From an uncultured Pseudomonadota bacterium (GTDB lineage Bacteria; Oederibacteriota; Muellerivitia; Muellerivitales; Muellerivitaceae): DNA of 64,000 bases. The translations under genes were made by a program, and so were the position numbers. Below the pieces are notes generated by a model that was not told the DNA's origin, ran no database searches, and worked only from the letters and a program-made list of their open reading frames with translations. How positions within the stretch are numbered: position 1 is the first letter of the stretch; every line of letters begins with the position of its first letter. Location of the stretch: assembly GCA_963770835.1 (NCBI GenBank), contig CAVYRH010000010.1, positions 64,001 through 128,000 of the forward strand, read 5' to 3'. Of the stretch, positions 1 to 9,602 are shown piece after piece.

Positions 1-110
1 GTCAGTCGTTAGATTGGGCATACTACGTAAAAGACAATGATTTCGCATTCCGACCATACTGCGGACAGTCCGCAGTATGGTCAACTAAGCTATTCCACAA
101 AACCCATTGG

Positions 111-347
111 CTATTTCCGCATGTTTTTGGGTTCTTTCCTTGGGTCGAAATGGGTCTTCCCGTCCTTGCTCATATGCCATGTGGTCATGACTTGGTTCAT
201 ATTGAGGGGCAGGGCGTCTTCACCCGCCTTATTGACCAGGATCTTGTTGTGGTGGCGAAGGGTCCTATTCGCCAGGCGTTTATCCCACTTCTCGGATTCG
301 GCGGTGGTAATTGCCCGAAAGGGGTTATGTTTCCTGGAGCGGCTCAT
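111..347 (-). CDS. Small basic hypothetical protein
   Basis: MSRSRKHNPFRAITTAESEKWDKRLANR...MSKDGK resembles a widespread uncharacterised small-protein family; start placed at MSRS. Confidence 0.55.
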   Translation of the reverse strand: MSRSRKHNPFRAITTAESEKWDKRLANRTLRHHNKILVNKAGEDALPLNMNQVMTTWHMSKDGKTHFDPRKEPKNMRK

Positions 348-528
348 AGACGGCACCTCGCTAAAGCTATTTTGGCAAAGCCGGAAAAGATACCGCTGTT
401 TTCCCTGCTTGTAAAGGTCGGCAGAAGGCTTTGAAAAACCATGCAGCCCTCGCCTGGATATTCAAGAACCCTTCAAACGGCATTTCATCCGCGATGAAAT
501 GAAAAAGTGTATTCCAGCCTTTGTTTAC

Positions 529-627
529 GCGCCTTTGCCCGTTCCGCGATGGCGACCCCCCCTATCTACGCATCAAGTAAGGATGCGAGAAACGATAGGG
601 GGGGTCGCCCTCTTGGAACGGAGGCGC
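529..627. repeat. Long hairpin, copy 1 (core 551-609)
   Basis: GGCGACCCCCCCTATC..CGCATC-AAGTAAG-GATGCG..GATAGGGGGGGTCGCC plus outer stem; second copy at 2191-2281. Confidence 0.85.
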
Positions 628-674
628 TTAAAACTGAAGTTAGGGGAAACGGAGAGAATGGAAGAAATGGTAAA

Positions 675-1966
675 GGGCACGTCTAAAAATTGGTTGTAGA
701 GACGAAGTGAAGGAGGTACAAGGAGAAAACAGCGCGTGAAAACGCTGAAAAATCCTTGAACGAGGTGCCGCAATGGGCCAAACCGGATTCTTCGACCTTC
801 AAGACCGCTTGAAATCCCTGGATGAAATGGGGGACCCGCTGGAAGCCTTGAACCGAGTAGTGCCCTGGGAGGATTTCCGCAGTATGTTGCGCAAGGCATT
901 ACGCGATAAGGAACGCAAAAGCGAGGCGGGGCGTACCCCGTACGATGAAGTACTAATGTTCAAGGTGCTAGTTTTACAGGCCCTATACAACCTGGCGGAC
1001 GAAAGGACACAATTCCATATCCAGGACCGGCTGAGTTTCATGAGGTTTTTGGGGCTGGGTATGGATAAGGATGTGCCGGATGCCAAGACCATCTGGTTAT
1101 ACCGCAACAAGCTGGCCCAAGGCGGCTGGATTGACCAGTTGTTCGGGAAATTCAACCGGCACCTGGATCGGGTCGGGCTGAAGGCCCAGGAAGGGCAGAT
1201 CATCGATGCTTCGATAGTGGAAGTGCCCCGGCAGAGGAACACCAAAGACGAAAACGGCCAGATCAAGAAGGGGGAAACACCTCAGGAGTGGAAGGGGGAT
1301 ACCGATAAGATGAGGCAAAAAGACGTGGATGCGAGATGGGTGCAAAAAAACGGCGTGAATCACTACGGGTACAAGAACCATATCAACGTGGATAAGAAAC
1401 ACAAGCTGGTCCGGAAGTTTGAGGTGACGGCGGCTTCGGTACCCGACCGGGAGGTTTTCGAGGAGTTGTTGGACGTGGAGAACCGCAAGAAGGTGTGGGC
1501 AGACAGCGCATACCGGTCACAGAAGAAGAACAAGACCTTGAAGCGCAGGCGATATAACAACCAGATTCATTACAAGTCGAATCGGAATCATCCCATGACG
1601 GAGTTCCAGGAAAAGTTGAACAAGATGCGGTCCAAGGTTCGGGCGAGAGTCGAGCATGTGTTCGGGCACATGGAAACGGCGATGGGTGGAAACTGGTTGA
1701 GGGTGGTGGGCAAGGTGAGGGCCCGGATGAAGATAGGAATGCGGAACCTGGCTTACAACATGCAGCGATTTACGTACTTAATGGGACGAATGCGTCCGGA
1801 GGCAGTGAACGCATAGATTTTAAAGACTTTGGGGGCTAAGGAAAGGTTCTGGGAGTAGCCGAAGGGAGATTCCGGGCCAAAAATTTCCACGAACTCCTTT
1901 GGTTGAGGGTTGCAAACTGGTTTGAGGTGACCGTAAAGCCTTCAAACAGAATTTTTAGAGGTGCCC
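675..1966 (+). mobile_element. IS5-family insertion sequence, 1292 bp
   Basis: TIRs GGGCACGTCTAAAAATT (675-691) and AATTTTTAGAGGTGCCC (1950-1966), 16/17 match; TAAA direct repeat at 671-674 and 1967-1970. Confidence 0.9.
773..1816 (+). CDS. IS5-family DDE transposase
   Basis: IIDASIV, GYKNHINVD, WADSAY and RARVEHVFG motifs. Confidence 0.95.
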   Translation: MGQTGFFDLQDRLKSLDEMGDPLEALNRVVPWEDFRSMLRKALRDKERKSEAGRTPYDEVLMFKVLVLQALYNLADERTQFHIQDRLSFMRFLGLGMDKDVPDAKTIWLYRNKLAQGGWIDQLFGKFNRHLDRVGLKAQEGQIIDASIVEVPRQRNTKDENGQIKKGETPQEWKGDTDKMRQKDVDARWVQKNGVNHYGYKNHINVDKKHKLVRKFEVTAASVPDREVFEELLDVENRKKVWADSAYRSQKKNKTLKRRRYNNQIHYKSNRNHPMTEFQEKLNKMRSKVRARVEHVFGHMETAMGGNWLRVVGKVRARMKIGMRNLAYNMQRFTYLMGRMRPEAVNA

Positions 1967-2190
1967 TAAAGGGAGTTTGAGGAGGAGTCAGGGGCTGGTA
2001 GGGGTGGATTGGCGGGGTAGGTGAGAAGGAAATGATGTGAAGGTAGGTCATCGGAAATTAAGGGATTTGGGGCGTTGGAAACACTCGTGAAGTCGTAAAA
2101 GCTAATAGGGGATCGGAGAAAGTCACTGTTCCATGAAATTTCCGCGCCATGGAAGTCCAAAAATGGAATTTTTCTTTTGAATGGGCCGGT

Positions 2191-2281
2191 TTTACCACGC
2201 TCCGATGGCGAACCCCCCTATCTGCGTATCAAGTGAGGATACGAGAAACGATAGGGGGGTTCGCCCTCTACGCGTGGTAAA
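2191..2281. repeat. Long hairpin, copy 2 (core 2207-2265)
   Basis: 59-nt core with 53/59 identity to 551-609, including two compensatory base-pair changes. Confidence 0.85.
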
Positions 2282-3146
2282 CATTGGAGATTAGGTAGTT
2301 GAATTGTTTAGAAGCAAGGTTGGAATAGGAAAAGGGACAGCAAAGAAAAACCGGAGCATGCATTCAGTGGTGGTAAGAGTGAAATGGCAGGGGTACTGGT
2401 TGATGAAGGTGGTAGTGGTTAGGGTTGTTTTGAATCAGGTGGGTAGTATGGGTTATGGCTGGTTAGAGCTGGTGGTTATTCCATCCTGGTAGCCTGGATT
2501 TTGCCGTTAGAGGCTCGTTTATGGGGGGAACGAAAAAGGGATGGTAAGAGGGAATCCTTTTTTCCTGGCTTTCCCCCTGGGCCAAGCTTCCCTCACAAAG
2601 ACCGTTCGGGTGATCTGGCCCATCACTTTTCACCAAAAAGAAGTTAATCCCCAAAGTGATAGTACCCAGACGAGGTCTGGGTGCACCCCTTTCCTAAAAA
2701 CCATCAAAACATTCAAGGAAGTTATAGCCGAGTGAAAAGCGAGCCTCGGGGCGGCCTAAAGGCCGCTACCTCCTGCGGGCCAAGGGAAGCCCGCCCTTCG
2801 CCCTCAGTTTTGCTCATGAAGCGCCAAAACCCGCCATGAGCACAAACTTTCCCCGGCCATAACAACTCGTTGACTCCGCTTTGGGCTATCGCCCGCCGTT
2901 CCGTCCATCCTTATCCCCGTGGTCGGCCCCCAAAATTTCGAGGGCCGCCCCCGGGGGATATTTCTTCTCGGAAAAGCGTTGGAAACATAAAAACCCAATT
3001 TTGAGTTTATTGAAAAAATGATTGAGGAAATATGGAAAATGGTGCTTAGGTTCCAATATTTATTTGAGGTGATGGGTGTAAAATATTTTGAGTTGAGTCG
3101 AAAAGATTAAAGTAACAACCCAAAAGAAGTGGCGGAATAATTATAG

Positions 3147-4058
3147 ATGCCCAATATTCATAAACTTGAATTTTTAAAAACTCTTGAGAATCGATTCCAT
3201 AAACTTCATAAGCTTTCTGATAGCCAATCCCAGTTCATTATCGGCGACGATGCAGCCCGTCTTTATATCCGGTATTCAAAAGTCCATTCCGGTGGCAGGA
3301 CTTTTTTCGGATTGCGGGCTGTGGACTTACGTCAACTTGAAGGCCACAATTCTTTTATTTGTTTTTTGCTGGATGATGGCTCCCAACCCATTTTTGTTCC
3401 ATATGCGGACTTCGAGGAACTTTTTCATAGCACTGAACCTGCAGGGGACGGACAATATAAGGTCCAACTTGTTTCCAACGAAGGTTCACGTGAGATGTAT
3501 ATCGCTCGGAAAGGGCGCTTTAATGTTGAGGGGTATGTAGGGTTTGAGTTCTTAACGAACAATTTAGATACAAAGAAACTCCGTACACCCAATGATTTCT
3601 CACATTCACAAATTCAATCATTGTTGGCGGGTATAGGGCATTTCAAAGGCTATGATGTTTTTTTGCCGAAAAGTGATGTTGGTAAGCTCGATTGGACTCA
3701 AACGAAGAAATTTTCTTTACTGTCTGAAATTCCAAAAGGTTTTGAGGAGATAAGACAGGTTTTATCGGAAATTGATGTTGTCTGGGTCGCAGCTGGGCGC
3801 AATACCATTGAGGGCCTCTACGAAGTAGAGCATTCAACTCCGGTTTACTCTGGGCTCTTGCGTTTCAATGATATGATTCTCACCGAACCCCGGATATCGC
3901 GTTTTTCTATCGTCTCAAATGATTCAAGACGCGATCTGTTTTCTCGCCAAATTAATAGGCCTACCTTTAAGAAAAGCGGCCTCACAGAACTCGTTAGTTT
4001 TCTGGAATACGAAAATGTTTTTGATTGGCATACTCGGTTATCGAGGGGGAAATCGTGA
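3147..4058 (+). CDS. Putative PD-(D/E)XK restriction-endonuclease-like protein
   Basis: C-terminal IDVVW...LYEVEHSTPVYSGLLRFND pattern; AT-rich. Confidence 0.6.
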   Translation: MPNIHKLEFLKTLENRFHKLHKLSDSQSQFIIGDDAARLYIRYSKVHSGGRTFFGLRAVDLRQLEGHNSFICFLLDDGSQPIFVPYADFEELFHSTEPAGDGQYKVQLVSNEGSREMYIARKGRFNVEGYVGFEFLTNNLDTKKLRTPNDFSHSQIQSLLAGIGHFKGYDVFLPKSDVGKLDWTQTKKFSLLSEIPKGFEEIRQVLSEIDVVWVAAGRNTIEGLYEVEHSTPVYSGLLRFNDMILTEPRISRFSIVSNDSRRDLFSRQINRPTFKKSGLTELVSFLEYENVFDWHTRLSRGKS

Positions 4059-4231
4059 AAACTGTAAAAGCAAAGATTAAAAAAGGCGTATTGGAGATAA
4101 TCTCAATCCCAAAGGGTATCAAACTGGAAGTTGTCGAATGTGACAATGGAGAGATTTTGGAAATTGTTAAAAATGAAAAAACCGGAATGCCGCGCGAGGT
4201 GGTCTTGAGCAGTTTCAAACCCAGTAGGTAA
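4055..4231 (+). CDS. Small hypothetical protein, translationally coupled to upstream gene
   Basis: GTGA overlap with upstream stop; GAGGGGG RBS. Confidence 0.5.
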   Translation: MKTVKAKIKKGVLEIISIPKGIKLEVVECDNGEILEIVKNEKTGMPREVVLSSFKPSR

Positions 4232-4541
4232 TTCACCAGGGCGTTGTAAAAACAATCACGGCGGGCGTATTCAACTCCCAGGCACAAAACAAAGAGTAGG
4301 AAATAACTTCTTTGGCTGTTCCTGCATTGGGTTGTGGCCAAGGTCAGTTAGAGGGACGGTGGTTGGCAATCTCCCCGCTGAACCGTCCACTAACGCAAAA
4401 CAGTCCTGAATCCCCCTGTTACCTAAAACGCGATTCGGTCAATAAAAGCCCAGCCTGAAAGAGTACTATTAATGGTATCAGTAAATGGTTTCGTGATACT
4501 ATTATGAGAACTTCTCCGAAAAGCACCAATACGAGGCAAAA

Positions 4542-5600
4542 ATGAAGTCTTTTGAACATGGATACTTGATAGATGCCCCCTTGGGGCACGCCCTCGGCAA
4601 ATCCCTGCGAGTATTGGGGGAATACAGGGGGCGGCAGGACTTGTACGCCGACCAGTCCCCTGAAGTCCTGGAAACACTCCGCCAAGCGGCCTTGATCCAA
4701 AGCGCGGAATCCTCCAACCGAATTGAGGGGATCACCGTTTCTCCCGAACGCTTGGCTCCCCTGGTTACGGGCAAGATTAAGCCCCAGGACCGCTCCGAGC
4801 AGGAAGTGTCCGGGTACAGGGACGTTTTGGCGGAAATCCACACCAACCATTCCCGCATGAAACTGACCACGGGGTTGATACTCGATTGGCACCGCCGTTT
4901 GTACAGGTACACCCCGGAAAAAGGCGGCCACTGGAAGCCCAAGGACAACGCCATCCTGGAAATGAAACCGGGGGGGAAATCCGCTATCCGCTTCAAGCCG
5001 GTTTCCGCACTCGCGACGCCCAAAGCAATGGAAAGGCTGGTGGAGGAATACCAAGGGTCATTGGAGGAAGCCAAGGTGGACCCGCTTCTTTTGGTGGCCT
5101 CCTTCATCTTGGACTTTGAGTGCGTCCATCCTTTTATGGACGGCAATGGAAGGATGGGGCGTCTCTTGACCCTGCTTCTTCTTTACCAGCAGGGTTATGA
5201 GGTGGGCCGCTACATCAGCTTGGAACGCGTGGTGGAGGAGAGCAAGGAGACCTATTACGAAGCGCTCTTCAAGAGTTCCAAGGGCTGGCACGAAGCCGAA
5301 CACGACTTGAAACCCTGGTGGGAGTATTTCCTGGGCATGATGACGGCCGCCTATGATGAATTCGAGGCCAGGGTCGGCACCATCACCAAGGCCAGGGGTG
5401 CCAAGCGGGAGATGGTGGAGAATGCCATCTTGCGGCTTCCCAACCGGTTCCAATTCGGGGATTTACAAAAAACCTGTCCCGGTGTCAGCTATCCCACCCT
5501 CAAAAGGGCCTTGGCGGATTTAAAAGCCAAAGGCCTAGTTCGATGCCTTGGAAAGGGCCGGGACGCTGTTTGGGAAAAAAGGGGAAATGCCCCCAAATAA
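4542..5600 (+). CDS. Fic family protein (class II) with C-terminal HTH-like region
   Basis: HPFMDGNGRMGR catalytic motif; N-terminal SNRIEG inhibitory motif. Confidence 0.92.
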   Translation: MKSFEHGYLIDAPLGHALGKSLRVLGEYRGRQDLYADQSPEVLETLRQAALIQSAESSNRIEGITVSPERLAPLVTGKIKPQDRSEQEVSGYRDVLAEIHTNHSRMKLTTGLILDWHRRLYRYTPEKGGHWKPKDNAILEMKPGGKSAIRFKPVSALATPKAMERLVEEYQGSLEEAKVDPLLLVASFILDFECVHPFMDGNGRMGRLLTLLLLYQQGYEVGRYISLERVVEESKETYYEALFKSSKGWHEAEHDLKPWWEYFLGMMTAAYDEFEARVGTITKARGAKREMVENAILRLPNRFQFGDLQKTCPGVSYPTLKRALADLKAKGLVRCLGKGRDAVWEKRGNAPK

Positions 5601-6011
5601 GGGTAATATCAATTCTTGCAGTTTTAGCGCCAGCCAACCCTGATTTTCCAATCCGGTCAGAAACAACTTAAGGGTTGGCTGGCAGTTTCCCTCCCGCATT
5701 TCGCCAAAATCACCTTCTAAAAAACACCGATACTTCCTCCTGTTTTTCACATTTCAATCCATTTCAAAATGAGCGCGGTTGGTTAAAAGGTACCTTATAA
5801 GGTCGTTTTATGAAATTTGGCCTATTGGTAAGCTTTTAAAAAACACCTAGAAAACTCTACGTGTTTTAAAAACCAGGTTTCTGGTAGATTCCAAAACTGT
5901 GTCCTTTGGAAAATAGGTCCATAAAAGGCCCTTTTTTATTTTCGCCGTCTTTTGTAGTTTTGGCCGGAAACAGCATTTTTTGATGAGCCTGGATTTTTAA
6001 TGGGAGGAAAT

Positions 6012-6287
6012 ATGGGTGAACGGAGAAAAGGGGAAAGAAGGCGGGGAGGCCAGGACAGGCTTTTAACCGACCGGGAAGTGGCGGACATGGCGGGTGTTTC
6101 GCCGAACACCGTCAAGTATTGGCGGCAAACGGGAACCCTCCCCTTCGTGAAGGTGGGACGGCACCCGAGGGTATGGCGGTCCGTTTTTCAAAAACTATTT
6201 CATAGGCCCCGCCCCAACGGCCCCTGGGAACCTTGGGAAGAAAATGATAAACTGCCCAACGCTGGTGACATTAGGAGGAAGCGATGA
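6012..6287 (+). CDS. Excisionase-like HTH protein
   Basis: LLTDREVADMAGVSPNTVKYWRQTGTLPFVKVG; ATGA overlap with integrase. Confidence 0.85.
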   Translation: MGERRKGERRRGGQDRLLTDREVADMAGVSPNTVKYWRQTGTLPFVKVGRHPRVWRSVFQKLFHRPRPNGPWEPWEENDKLPNAGDIRRKR

Positions 6288-7381
6288 GCAGGCCTAATGT
6301 TCACGGATTGCCCCAGTATCTCCGAAAGGATGATGCCGGGTATTACTTGGATTATTCCCTAAGGGAAGGGGGTAAAAGAACCAGGAAGAGGGTCCGGTTG
6401 GGGCTCATTCCATATGTCCAAGCCAAGAAAATTTTGGCGGAAAATATGGCGGAGATCGCGTCGGGAAAGTTCCTGATGAGTGAAAAACCGGAGGCGACGT
6501 TCACGGAAGCGGCAGATTCGTTTTTGGCCTACTCCCAGGCCAGGAAGAAGACCTTCAGGAACGACAGCCTGATGATCAACAGGCTCAAGGCCCGTTTTGG
6601 AGACAGGCCCTTGAAGAGCTTGAACGCCGACGCCATTGAGTTGTATTTGAGTGAACGGCGGAAGGTCGGCCACCTTAAGTTTGGAAAGCCGCTTTCCAAC
6701 AACACCCTCAATGGGGAACTCCGGTTGATTAAGTCGATCATCAATCGGGCCGTCTCGAACGGTTTATTGGAGAAGAGCCTGATTAAGAGTGTCCGGGGTT
6801 TCAAGGATGTGAGCCGGGACCGCACTTTGACACAGGAGGAATACGAGGCGCTCTTGGGCCGTTGTTCACCCCGCCTTGCCGTCATCGTCCAGTTGGCTTA
6901 TTGGACGGGCATGAGGAGGGGCGAGATTTTGGGCCTAAGGTGGGACCAGGTCGATTTTAAGAACAGGGTCATCACCTTGGATGCCTCGGACACCAAGACC
7001 CAGGAGAAGCGGGAAGTTCCGTTGACGGGGGAGCTGGTTGGCCTCATCCAACGGACGCCCAGGACCTTGGGAAACCCCTACGTTTTCACTTACCAGGGGA
7101 AGCGCATCAAGAACATCAAAACCGCTTTTTGGAGCGCCGTCCGCGCGGCGGGGATTAAGGATTTCAGGTTCCACGATCTCCGGCATTGCGCGGTGACCAA
7201 CCTTCGAAAGGCGGGAGTGAGTGATTCGGTCATCATGTCCATTTCGGGCCATAAGACCTACGCCATGTTCAAACGGTACAACCGGATCGACCGGGAGGAC
7301 CGCTTGGAGGCGTTGGAGAGGTTGGCCCGCCTCAAGGACAGAAATAGGACAGGGGCCGAAACGGAGTTAGGTTCAAAGTAA
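6284..7381 (+). CDS. Tyrosine recombinase / phage-type integrase
   Basis: TGMRRGE, FHDLRH, SGH and KRY catalytic motifs. Confidence 0.95.
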   Translation: MSRPNVHGLPQYLRKDDAGYYLDYSLREGGKRTRKRVRLGLIPYVQAKKILAENMAEIASGKFLMSEKPEATFTEAADSFLAYSQARKKTFRNDSLMINRLKARFGDRPLKSLNADAIELYLSERRKVGHLKFGKPLSNNTLNGELRLIKSIINRAVSNGLLEKSLIKSVRGFKDVSRDRTLTQEEYEALLGRCSPRLAVIVQLAYWTGMRRGEILGLRWDQVDFKNRVITLDASDTKTQEKREVPLTGELVGLIQRTPRTLGNPYVFTYQGKRIKNIKTAFWSAVRAAGIKDFRFHDLRHCAVTNLRKAGVSDSVIMSISGHKTYAMFKRYNRIDREDRLEALERLARLKDRNRTGAETELGSK

Positions 7382-7436
7382 TTATTTTTGTTGTAGCGTA
7401 AAGGTTTTAGAGGGGCGACGGTTTGAATTCCGATTT

Positions 7437-7481
7437 CTGTCACGCAGGAGGTCGCGGGTTCGAGCCCCGTCAACCCCGCCA
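7437..7481 (+). other. 3' half of tRNA-Asp(GTC); att direct repeat
   Basis: CTGTCAC anticodon loop, GGTTCGAG T-loop and CCA end; no D-arm or 5' acceptor strand upstream. Confidence 0.85.
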
Positions 7482-7488
7482 TATATGC

Positions 7489-7526
7489 AAAAGCCCCTAA
7501 ACATTTTCTTGTTTAGGGGCTTTTTT
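7489..7526 (+). terminator. Intrinsic terminator
   Basis: AAAAGCCCCTAAACA...TGTTTAGGGGCTTTTTT. Confidence 0.8.
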
Positions 7527-7809
7527 GTTTATGGTGGGTTGACGGGGCGAGAACCCGTGGGAAGGGTTCGGGAAACGGGAGTTTCCCGGTCGTTCAAGGG
7601 ATACACAAGGGTGTTTTCCCTTGTGAGCGCGTCAGCGCGGTTCGATTACCCCGTCTCGCCATTCCATGTTTGTGGTTCGATTGCACCCTGGGAAGGGTTC
7701 GGGGCAACCGTGGTTTCCCGGTTCCTCCCAAGATAAATTCCGGACCTTTTAAAAATTCCAAACTGTAAAATGGCATCGATTGTTTTTCATCATGTATTAA
7801 GGAGGGCTT

Positions 7810-8148
7810 ATGAAAAATTGTCCATCCTGCGGGGTCCTGAACGACGACGACAGCAAGTCCTGCGATAAATGCGGGCGGTCCCTCCCGAAAGTTGAGCCCC
7901 TCTCCCACGCCCACATCGACGATTACCTGGTTCCGGCCATCCTGGGGACGATCTTTTGCTGCCTGCCCTTCGGAATCGTCTCCATTGTCTACGCGGCCCA
8001 GGTCGGCGGGTTCATCCGAAGCGGAAACATCCGGGAGGCCCAGATCACCGCGGAGAAGGCCAAGTCCTGGTTTTGGATATCCTTCTGGTGCGGTATGGCA
8101 GCAGTCCTTCTCACAGTATTGGCCAAGGCCTGCTCGGGGGCTTCCTAG
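7810..8148 (+). CDS. Zinc-ribbon plus CD225/dispanin family protein
   Basis: CPSCG..CDKCG; YLVPAILGTIFCCLPFGIVSIVYAAQV. Confidence 0.88.
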   Translation: MKNCPSCGVLNDDDSKSCDKCGRSLPKVEPLSHAHIDDYLVPAILGTIFCCLPFGIVSIVYAAQVGGFIRSGNIREAQITAEKAKSWFWISFWCGMAAVLLTVLAKACSGAS

Positions 8149-8323
8149 TCCAAGGGAAGTAGGACGGTCCCTTCGAAGTTGAACTTTCCTTATACCGTTC
8201 AACCCAAGGCATTTTCAAAGTCGTCCTACTTTTTCCACAGTCGGCGGTTTTAAGTGGTACCTTTTTATTAACCAAAGGTTAATATAACTTCTTGTGAAAC
8301 CATTTGAGGCGGCCGGGAGCTCT

Positions 8324-8935
8324 ATGAAAAGAACTTTTCTCGCTTTGGGACTGTTTTTCGCCGCCGTTCCGCTTTTCGCCCAGGTCCCCACCAACACTCC
8401 CACCGACACGGCTACCGATACCCCGACCGACACGCCCACCTTGACGGCCACCGCCACGCCCACTTTTACCGCGACGCTGACGGCCACCAACACGGCCACC
8501 GCCACCATCACCCTCACCCCCACCAACACGGCCACCCCCACGATCACCTTAACGCCCACCACCACCTTTACGATCACGCTGACCTTCACCCCCACCAACA
8601 CGCCCACCGTTACTTCCACGCCCACCATCACCTTCACGCCGGGGCACGACCTCTTTAACGTTTCCGAAAACATCGTGAGGCCGGCCGTGGGGCCGGTTTC
8701 CATCCATGTCGGAAGCTTCTCCTACGGCGGGCCCTACACCTTGGCGGTCTACAACTCGGCGGGGGAAGTGATCAAGATCCTCGACAACAACCAGAACCTT
8801 CCCGCCGCCATCGATATTCAATACACCTGGGACGGCACCAACACCCATGGGGACAAGGTGGCCAGCGGCGTCTACCTGATCTTCCTGAAGAGGCCCCTGA
8901 ACGAGGAAATGAAGAAGGTCCTACTGGTCCGTTAG
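8324..8935 (+). CDS. Secreted Thr/Pro-rich protein with C-terminal FlgD-Ig/T9SS-like domain
   Basis: Signal peptide; TPT repeats; VYNSAGEVIK...WDGTNTHGDKVASGVYLI...KKVLLVR. Confidence 0.8.
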   Translation: MKRTFLALGLFFAAVPLFAQVPTNTPTDTATDTPTDTPTLTATATPTFTATLTATNTATATITLTPTNTATPTITLTPTTTFTITLTFTPTNTPTVTSTPTITFTPGHDLFNVSENIVRPAVGPVSIHVGSFSYGGPYTLAVYNSAGEVIKILDNNQNLPAAIDIQYTWDGTNTHGDKVASGVYLIFLKRPLNEEMKKVLLVR

Positions 8936-9133
8936 GGGGGAATCCCCCGCCCCCCAGCTAAGAACGCTCATAGGGAAAAACCCCTATGTATCCTCAAAAC
9001 ATTTTTTTGGTTAAAACTCCTGTTTGCCGAATTTACCGGATCAAGGTTGCAACAAACCCTGAAAAAATAGTAGTCTCCTTGTCCAGGGTTATCCCCGCTT
9101 CCGGGGCCGATAAACCAATTCGAAAGGCAGGCC

Positions 9134-9592
9134 ATGGAACCGACCTCCGCCATCTTCCAGCAACTTCGCCGGGTCTTGCAGCAGACCTATTTCCTCCAGT
9201 CGATGGGGCCGAGGGAACTGGACCAGCTGGTCATCAGCTTGAAGCCCATGCGGGTCTTCAAGGGTTTCGAGATCATCAAACAGGGCGACCCGGGGGATAG
9301 CTTCTACCTCATCGCCTCGGGCCGGGTGTCGGTCTTCGTGGACAAGGGCGCCTACCGCGTGAAGGCCGCCGAACTGCGGGCGGACCAGTATTTCGGCGAG
9401 ATGGCGCTTATCTCCAACGAGCCGCGCAGCGCCACCGTCATGGCCGAAGGGCTCACCGAGCTCTTCCTCCTCAAGAAGGAGGACTTCGACCGCATCCTCA
9501 TGAAGAACCCCGCCATCGCCCAGAAGATCAAGGAAGCCCAGGCGAAAAGGGGCGAGGCCAACTCCCGCCTGCCGGAGCCCGAAGGGCGCTGA
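9134..9592 (+). CDS. Cyclic nucleotide-binding domain protein
   Basis: IIKQGDPGDSFYLIASG; YFGEMAL...PRSATV. Confidence 0.9.
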   Translation: MEPTSAIFQQLRRVLQQTYFLQSMGPRELDQLVISLKPMRVFKGFEIIKQGDPGDSFYLIASGRVSVFVDKGAYRVKAAELRADQYFGEMALISNEPRSATVMAEGLTELFLLKKEDFDRILMKNPAIAQKIKEAQAKRGEANSRLPEPEGR

Positions 9593-9602
9593 GGGAAGTC
9601 CC

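Larger units (their letters stand above)
1..7481. mobile_element. Integrative element inserted at tRNA-Asp; right part only, left end outside window
   Basis: xis-like gene and tyrosine integrase directly followed by a 3'-half tRNA-Asp copy; AT-rich cargo genes and an IS. Confidence 0.75.

Noticed and set aside
551..609. Hammerhead ribozyme
   Set aside because: GAAAC is present but there is no CUGANGA core on either strand
4346..4393. Integron attC site
   Set aside because: Hairpin runs GTTAG...CTAAC, the reverse of the AAC...GTT attC order; the integrase is xis-coupled phage type
7405..7481. Complete tRNA-Asp gene
   Set aside because: 5' acceptor strand, D-arm and 5' anticodon stem are missing
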